Part shown: positions 62,871-64,000 of the stretch, in pieces
Layout of the letters: each line of letters opens with the position of its first letter
Position numbering within the stretch: the stretch's first letter is position 1
Assembly: GCA_023213395.1 (NCBI GenBank)
Contig: CM041465.1
Coordinates: 81,103,741 to 81,167,740 of the forward strand
DNA: 64,000 bases
Source: Cycas panzhihuaensis
Taxonomy: Eukaryota > Plantae > Cycadophyta
Direction of reading: 5' to 3'
The notes under the pieces: model-generated
The model's database searches: none
Told to the model about the DNA's origin: nothing
The model's input: only the letters and a program-made list of their open reading frames with translations
Position numbers and translations under genes: made by a program

Positions 62871-63049
62871 TAGACCCATTATTACTGATAGTTACATTTG
62901 TTGTTTGGCCAACAATGTAACATTCATCTTTTGGCCATACACATCTTCGCTATGGCCACTTAAAAGAGTGATTTCACTCATTCCAAAATTCAAAAAAAGT
63001 TTGTTACCCTTTCCTATTTTTCCGTTTCACAAAAAATTTAGAACTTTTA

Positions 63050-64000
63050 TTTCACTTATTCTTTAGTTGAGCTTCTCTTATTTTTTCTTTCTTCCTTTTG
63101 ATGAATTCCATATCTAGTTTAGCAATTTTTGGTGGTAATCTTAACCCATTTTGCTTCAAGAATTCACATAGTAATACCACATCCCTCAACACATCTAGGT
63201 GTGAAATTGTTGCCATTTCATTTGAGTGTAACTTCTCTATCTCCCAGGCTAACTCTATGTTCATCTTCTGAGAGAATTCTAATGCTGATCAATAATTTCT
63301 CATTTCCTACCATAGCTTTATACTACACTCTAATTTCGCATAAGATTTGAGAATCCATACTCCTAACCAATGGATTACGAGCTATAAATATTCTACAATC
63401 TATTGATCAAATTCTTCTTTAAACTACTATAGTACAAACTTTAGTCCCTTCCTCTAGTAACTATTGATTCCAAACTCTAGTAGCTTATTCTCTACTATTC
63501 TCTTCCTCTTGTTTTTTCTTTTCTACTCTAACCTATTCCTTTTTATTTTCTTCCTCTCCCTTTGGGAGTTCTTCCTTCTTTTCTTCTTCCTCCACCTGTG
63601 GAACTTCTCCCTTCTATTCTCCTTCCTCTGCCTATGGGACTTCTCCCTTCTTTTCTTTTGAAATTACTTCTTCTTTTATTTTAATTACTTTCTTTCTACT
63701 ATTTTTAATTGGTATTGTTTTCATACCCAACCTTGTACATTGTTATGAATTCCTATCTATGTTTCATCATTTGTAAAGGTGCTAGTCCAATAAGCTAGAG
63801 GTGTCTGCTCCTCTTCTAGTTTGGCCATCTCTAGCTCAGGAACAAACCCTACAATAACATAACATGATAGAAGGTTACTTATTTCACTATCTCCTAGACT
63901 ATCTATAGGCTTTTGATAAGTCAATTTACTACAACATTGGCCTAATTATACCACTTTCCTTTTACCACCTGATTAATCATGCTCCTTAAATTTACTGGTA
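63050..64000 (-). pseudogene. Unidentified charged/coiled-coil ORF remnant with ~33-bp repeats, probably an accessory ORF of another LTR element
   Basis: ORF 63052..63264 is K/E-rich; three ~33-bp units at ~63545-63660 encode EE..R.EVP-like repeats; no diagnostic domain recognised. Confidence 0.35.

Overview
Plant-type heterochromatic DNA, probably gymnosperm (inferred from very old LTR pairs, heavy CG/CHG-to-TG/TA decay and Tat architecture). It consists almost entirely of nested, degenerate retroelements; no intact host gene, RNA gene or CRISPR array is visible. Reconstruction from LTR pairs, PBS/PPT and target-site duplications (TSDs): (1) a minus-strand Ty1/copia (1..~11090) is interrupted by a complete chromovirus Ty3/gypsy (2053..8772, TSD GACTA). 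(2) A small (~3 kb) gag-only LTR element X (LTRs 11763..12117 and 59929..60268) has swollen to 48.5 kb by taking in an RNase-H-bearing L1 LINE (12416..17041), a Tat-type element C (17815..51157, minus strand, TSD GTATC, lacking RT-RH-INT) and a copia D (52323..59683, TSD AATTT). (3) An 18-kb Tat-type element A with a complete domain set (20440..38428, plus strand) sits inside C's 3' LTR. (4) Copia remnants and a tandem-repeat LTR-like segment follow after 60.3 kb. The most interesting signal is a 3' accessory module shared by A and C: an antisense, intron-containing Plant Mobile Domain (PMD) gene back-to-back with a free-standing archaeal-type RNase H ORF. A 24-bp CG-rich palindrome occurs in all four Tat LTRs and in front of both PMD genes, suggesting an element-encoded regulator plus operator system. 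All translations, alignments and coordinates were done by eye; all ORFs carry stops or frameshifts.
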